NCBI GenBank assembly: GCA_951406725.2
Contig: OX597825.1
Location: 76,446,001-76,510,000 of the forward strand
Direction of reading: 5' to 3'
DNA length: 64,000 nt
Source of the DNA: Octopus vulgaris
Lineage: Eukaryota
Positions 56,941-64,000 of the stretch are shown one piece after another. Under the pieces are notes generated by a model, which was given only the letters and a program-made list of their open reading frames with translations, was not told the DNA's origin and ran no database searches. Position 1 is the first letter of the stretch. Every line of letters begins with the position of its first letter. The translations under genes and the position numbers were made by a program.

Positions 56941-57639
56941 ATGTAAAAACAACTAGTGGTCAGTAGAAACAGCTGAAAACTAGAGGCCATGGAATAAACT
57001 TATAGTTAAAGCGTGTGAGGTGGTGGGGAGTACACTAGCAAAAGTGACAGATGGAAATTACTGATGAGGAAACAATGAAAATAAAGGAAAAGTTCTTTTT
57101 GGAGAAAGTGTTCAACAACAACGTTACCCATTCATACATACACAAAAATACATATTGTACCGACCATGGTTGCCTGGTAAGAAGTATGCTTCCCATCCAC
57201 ACGGCTCTGGGGGTTCAGTCCCACTGTGTGGCACCTTGGGCAAGTGTCTTCTACTATAGCCTCCAGTTGACAAAAGTCTTGTGAGTGAATTTCATAGATG
57301 GAAACAGAAAGAAGCCCATCCTGTGTGTGTGTGTGTGTATGTCTATGCTTATCTACCACCTCGTAACGTAGTAGTCCAGGAAAAGAGAATGATAGAATGA
57401 GTACCAGACTTAAAAGTAAAAGTACTCAGGTTGATTCATTTGACTAAAAATTCTTCAACGCAGTGCCCCAGCATGGCAGCAGTCTTATGACTGAAACAAG
57501 TTAAAGATACAATATACATGCACAAAAATACATAAATACACACAAACATATACATGTACAAAAATACATACATACTCGCATATTAAGCAAATCTTACAGA
57601 AATAAGTAATTTTCATTTTATTGAGAAAAAAATTGATAT

Positions 57640-58050
57640 GAGTGAGGGACTAATCCCAGCCGCTGATTAGTAGACTGGGTAGATAGCGAGAACGTGTGTG
57701 TGTGTCTTCGACTGCTCAGATCAAAGACAATGTAACGGAAGAAAAGTCAAGGATATAAGCCCGCCCACACCAAAATTGCCGAACACATCAAACTGAATGA
57801 CGTCATATACTAATACCGAAAGATAGAAAGATTGTCAATATGACAGTCTTAACTAGTTTTAGATGATTATAAAAACATAGGTTTTTCGGGGCAGTGTTTC
57901 GCTATTAATATATGAAGTCAGTCATGGGTGAGCGCGAATGTGTTTGATAGTTAACTTCTGTCGAGCAGACGAAACAATGTCATGACGTCACATACTTTCA
58001 CCGAAAGATTGCAGTTTTCGGTTATTGGATCTTGTCCAAATCCGAATGGT
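57640..58050. promoter_or_regulatory. CpG-rich promoter-like block: two CRE sites, GC box, CCAAT box
   Basis: TGACGTCA at 57798-57805 and 57983-57990; GCCCGCCC near 57759; ATTGG near 58024; candidate minus-strand donor (GTAAG) at 57597. Confidence 0.55.
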
Positions 58051-58218
58051 TTGTTTCAGCAGGGGTTTTTTTTTTACGTGTAATTTTTTTTAAAATCGCC
58101 ATCAATACATGTGCTTGTATTGAAAGAACGAAAGTATTCAATAACAAAATTATTTACATTCTTGATTTTTTTTCATCTTTAATAAATAAAAAAAAAAAGC
58201 TTTTCATCACTAAAATCA

Positions 58219-59160
58219 TTACACAGGATAATAATGCCGAACCCAGTAAATAAATGACATAAATGTATTATCTTTGTGAACACGACGCCAACTGAATTCT
58301 TGTAAGTAAGTCGAGAACAGATTATCAGAAAGTCCATACAAATGTTTATATCTATTTTTCACGTTATTCCACGTCCCTTCTATTTTGTTTCTGTTGAGTT
58401 TTTCATCTTTGGGATCCATAAACTGAAGATTGTGACCAGCTGATTCTTGAAGTTTTTCATAGGAATGACAACCATCCGTTACTATGCAGGTGCCTGGCAA
58501 CACATGTTCAAGGATGATAGGTAACAAAGTGGCACCACTTTGATCAGGGACAGGTACAAGGACGGAATTAAGACTGTGGCGCTCCACCATCCCAAGGATC
58601 AAGTGGCCTTCCTTATAATGACCACGATGATATTGGCGGTGCATAAATTTTGACTCGGCGATATCTACCTTCACTCCTTCTCCTCCGATCTTCGTAGGGT
58701 GATCGATGCACCACATGGCACAGACATCTCGAAAATAGTTATACCAATTAACTATGGCCTCTGAACCAAGACCAACCTGATTCATAACAACAGACTGCGT
58801 GGACTCAATTGACGTCCACCAATAAATAAGTTCAAGATGGCGGGTTAGACGGATAGAAGACTTAGAAAAGAAAGAATCATTCCTAATGCTACGATAAGAT
58901 CTGCACACAGAACAGTGCCAAACTTTTCCATCTGAACATTGTTTACGAGTCACAAAAGTCATGTGCTGGGTACAACATACCACTGAATTGTGAAGTAAAC
59001 CGACCGATGCAAGGAACTTAATTGTACTATCAATATTCTTAGTTACCTGTTGAATATCGTGTAGAGTATATTCCTTTTGAATTAGATCTTCTTTATTAAT
59101 GATCGCGTCCACGATTTTTACCCGAATTTTCGGTTTCTCACGTTCACATATTTCAGTCAT
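58219..59160 (-). CDS. Merlin/ISXO2-like (IS1595-family DDE) transposase-derived protein, 313 aa, intact ORF, first catalytic D->A
   Basis: N-terminal CC...CSVC Zn ribbon plus SIRNDSFF and HTH-like segment; family motifs IGGEG.VDIAESKF, YHRG, G.VER, TLLPII...V.PGT.I.TD, IEG.W, YLQEF.WR. Confidence 0.9.
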   Translation of the reverse strand: MTEICEREKPKIRVKIVDAIINKEDLIQKEYTLHDIQQVTKNIDSTIKFLASVGLLHNSVVCCTQHMTFVTRKQCSDGKVWHCSVCRSYRSIRNDSFFSKSSIRLTRHLELIYWWTSIESTQSVVMNQVGLGSEAIVNWYNYFRDVCAMWCIDHPTKIGGEGVKVDIAESKFMHRQYHRGHYKEGHLILGMVERHSLNSVLVPVPDQSGATLLPIILEHVLPGTCIVTDGCHSYEKLQESAGHNLQFMDPKDEKLNRNKIEGTWNNVKNRYKHLYGLSDNLFSTYLQEFSWRRVHKDNTFMSFIYWVRHYYPV

Positions 59161-59335
59161 AATTAAAACTCGGAGAAAAACTTTCTACGAACTTCTCGGA
59201 GAAGCGGTGAAGTTAAAACCGATAACTGAAATAATGGCAAATACAAAAACACGAATTGCCGAAACGAATAAAATATGCGTTTCAAAATTAGTAAATCATT
59301 ACCTCTAGCTTTTTAGTTAGCGAGGAAATTGCATA

Positions 59336-59404
<69 letters not shown>

Positions 59405-60561
59405 GTTGCTTTGATCTAGTACTTTCAAAAACTTTCAAATAAATAATTACATCTGAGTTTCAATTCTAATTTTAATGATGCGTTTTTTTTTTTATTTTTA
59501 GTAACAAGTGTTTACTTTTCGCTAATGTTAATTCATTAAGTGAACCAATTTGTTTTGTTTGTTTTACGTTTGTGTAAAGAAATGAAAGCAATAAAATATC
59601 ATGAACTATTTATATGTAATTATTCGTTTCGTTTAAGAAAACCAAGTTACTTTTTTGTATTCTCCATTATTTTTGTTTACTTTTACTTTCCAAATGCGGA
59701 ATGAATGTAATTAAATAACAAGAAATTAACACCACTTTTTTATTATTTCGATTTTTTCTTCTTTTAGATCAATTAAAAATTTTTTCTTTGAATATATATC
59801 TATATAAATAAATAAATAAATAAATAAATAAATTTCAGTCATATAGTTTTGTAAACCAGGGAGGTAACTCCTGAAAATATAGTAAAACGTGAGTGAGATT
59901 TATTTATATTGTATTGGGATTTATCCGTGTTTTATTCTATTTTCTTCACTATACTAGAAAACAGTGATTGTTGTTAATCAAGTTTTCCTGTTTAAAGACG
60001 TAGTCGTCACTCTGCGATGGAGTAGCAATGTTAAGAGTTCTGTTAATAATGAGGGTCGATAGAATAAGTATCAGTTGAGCATGTAATCGACTTTATCCCC
60101 CGAAATTGCTGGCCTTGTGACAAAATTTGAAACAATAATTAATATGACACTTTTCAGAGTTACAGATAGTTGGCTCTGAATTAATTACATAGAAAGAGAG
60201 AAAGAGAGAGGCAAGCGTAGTGCATGTGGTTCAGTGTGTGTAAGGGAGGGGGAATGAATCACTAAGGTGGGTGGAACAATGATTAAAGGACGAAGAAAGG
60301 CTGACAAATGAAATGTTGCTAAGTAGCTCCTCCCACCACCATAAAAAGGTTGTTCTCAAGGGGTGGGTGGAGTCTGTGAGAGAGACATTTGGAGGTGATT
60401 ATATTATATATATATATGTATGTAATATCATCATCATCATTGTATAACATCCATTTTCCATGCTGGCATAGGTTGGACGGTTGGACGTTTTGACTGAGGT
60501 CTGGAGAGCCAGTGGCTGTACCAGACTCTGATCTGATTTATATATATATATATATATATAT

Positions 60562-60945
60562 AAACTTAGATATGTTTCGACCAAAGATTGGTCCAGGTCA
60601 TGTCTAACTTAATAGCACCACCTGATAGGATTATTTGAATCCTGTTTAAGTCAAGTTTTGTTTATGGTCCATTCAAGTAGTGAGTTTTTGTTGGGTGAGT
60701 TGTATCTAATTATGGGTGGCTTATCTGGTATTCTTTGAAGGAATCTATCCAGACTCCGTTTAAAGTTGATGGGATCCTTTTCCTCTTTGATCTCTTTCGG
60801 GACAATGTTAAATAGGGCAGGGCCTGTTGAGGAAAAGAAATTATGTTGCAGTGTACATGTATTGGGCAGGGGACGTATGGCCCGTGGTCCCAGTCTTGGA
60901 TGAACCTTGAAGCTAATGTTCAGTTCGTTTGGGCAAAGTTGGCGG
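60562..60945 (-). mobile_element. CR1-like LINE extreme 3' fragment in (TA)n
   Basis: [28 protein letters not shown]...NSL resembles the other CR1-like C-termini; terminal stem-loop. Confidence 0.75.
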
Positions 60946-60985
60946 TATATATACGCATATATATATATATATATAAATATATACG

Positions 60986-61017
<32 letters not shown>

Positions 61018-61019
61018 CG

Positions 61020-61057
<38 letters not shown>

Positions 61058-61428
61058 CGCATATATATATATATACACACACACACATATATATATATAA
61101 ACTTAGATATGCATATATATATATGTATGTATATATATATATAAATGTATACGCTTTCCGTATATTTTGTATAAATAGTTGTTTACGTAACAGTGACAGG
61201 ATTTTGTCTCAGTTTTTAGACGCAGCAAATGATTTCAGCTCAAATAGAGGCGATTCATTGGTTAAAATTCGAAAAATTAAACTACGTTAAACAAAAATTA
61301 AACTACGTTATCAAGAAAACCAAGTGAAAATAATGTTTTCTTTTGACACATTCTACCAGTATACGAAGTTTTAAAATGTTTAGTTAACTAGAGATTGTGT
61401 TGAAATCTGCCATTCAAAATGAAAAGAT

Positions 61429-61468
<40 letters not shown>

Positions 61469-61612
61469 TACATACATACATATATATTATAGTGCATTGT
61501 TGTGCCATTCTAAACACATTATTACCATTTACTATCATTGTTGTTTACAAACAATATACAATGCTTCAAGCACACACACACACACATATACATATGCATT
61601 TATATGTACATA

Positions 61613-62558
61613 TACAAGGGACGTTCAATAAGTAATGCCCCTGACCCACTTGCAGTTGTTTGATCTAGCTGAAATTTGATCTTGCATGTGCAATTATTTA
61701 TATCTCTATAGATTAAGTGGCAAATTACAGCTCTGAACTATTTGTGGTTTCTGATTTACAGGTGTTTGAACTGAGTCAAGTGTGAAATGGAGCCTGTTGA
61801 ATGACGAGCAGTGATCCGGTTTTTGTATTTGAAAGGACGCACACCACGGGAGACTTTTGATGAAATGAAAGTAATTTATGGTGATGATGCCCCATCATAT
61901 GGCCATGTAAAACGCTGGCACCGTGAATTCAAACATGGTCGGAACTCTGTGGAAACAGCTCCCAGATCTGGTCGCCCCCCCCCCCTTCTGCCATTGATGA
62001 GGCATCTGTCCGTCAAGTTGAGGCTGCCATTTTGGAAGATCGACGTATAACTATTCGTCAAATAGCCCATGAGGTCAAGATTAGTACCGGGTCTTTGGAA
62101 ACTATCATTCATGACCATTTGCATATGCAAAAGGTGTCTGCCAGATGGATTCCCAGGTTGCTCACACCTTTCCAAAAGCAAGAACGCGTCGATTGCGCGA
62201 GGATGAATTTGGAAATGTGCCAAGAAGATGAGTCAAAATTTTTCAAAAGACTGATTACACAGGATGAAACCTGGGTCCATCACTATGATCCAGAGACCAA
62301 AGCCCAGTCAATGCAGTGGAAGCACCGTGACTCACCTCCTCCAAAGAAGGCAAGGGTGCAGCCCTCCGCTGGCAAGGTCATGCTCACAGTCTTCTGGGAC
62401 CAGGACGGAGGACCAAGCTGGGGTCTTCTACAAAAACGGTCTCCAGAGCTGCATCAAACGATGGGAGAAATGCGTAACTCTGGGTGGATCCTATGTAGAA
62501 AAAGACTAATAACTGTGCCAAGTTTCGTTGCTCTACTGCTATCGGAACGCCTCTCGTG
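61613..62558 (+). mobile_element. Internally deleted mariner transposon with both termini
   Basis: RAVIRFL, SARWIPRLL, ITQDETW, GKVMLTVFWD, then a jump to RWEKCV..GSYVEK; imperfect TIRs with TA. Confidence 0.9.
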
Positions 62559-62577
62559 TATATATATATATACATAT

Positions 62578-64000
<1,423 letters not shown>

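Noticed and set aside
60562-60610. Hammerhead-like topology at the LINE 3' end (stem...GAAACATA)
   Set aside because: Lacks the CUGANGA core; better explained as the CR1-type 3' stem-loop

Overview
AT-rich, microsatellite- and transposon-dense eukaryotic DNA; the repeat inventory suggests a cephalopod/octopod genome (inference). Two probable host genes were read by eye, both on the minus strand. (1) A 10-exon gene (CDS 43672->2513, 1347 nt, 448 aa) that the ORF track mostly misses. All exon phases are compatible. It encodes a type I membrane protein: signal peptide, three repeated two-exon ~100-aa beta-rich (PLAT-like?) ectodomain modules, one TM helix and a tail with YxxM/YxN/YxxL motifs. 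(2) An intact, intronless 313-aa Merlin/ISXO2 (IS1595-type) transposase ORF (58219-59160) with the first catalytic Asp replaced by Ala, no visible TIRs and a CpG-rich context; candidate domesticated transposase. A CRE/CCAAT/GC-box promoter-like block lies just downstream of it. The rest is TE material: a full-length degenerate Gypsy element with LTRs and TSD, RTE, CR1-like, R4-like and ORF1-only Tx1-like LINE pieces, Penelope fragments, three mariner relics, a MITE and many tRNA-derived SINEs. Several hammerhead-ribozyme motifs (one near-canonical, one embedded in a tRNA-headed SINE) and several fold-back palindromes within (TA)n tracts also occur.
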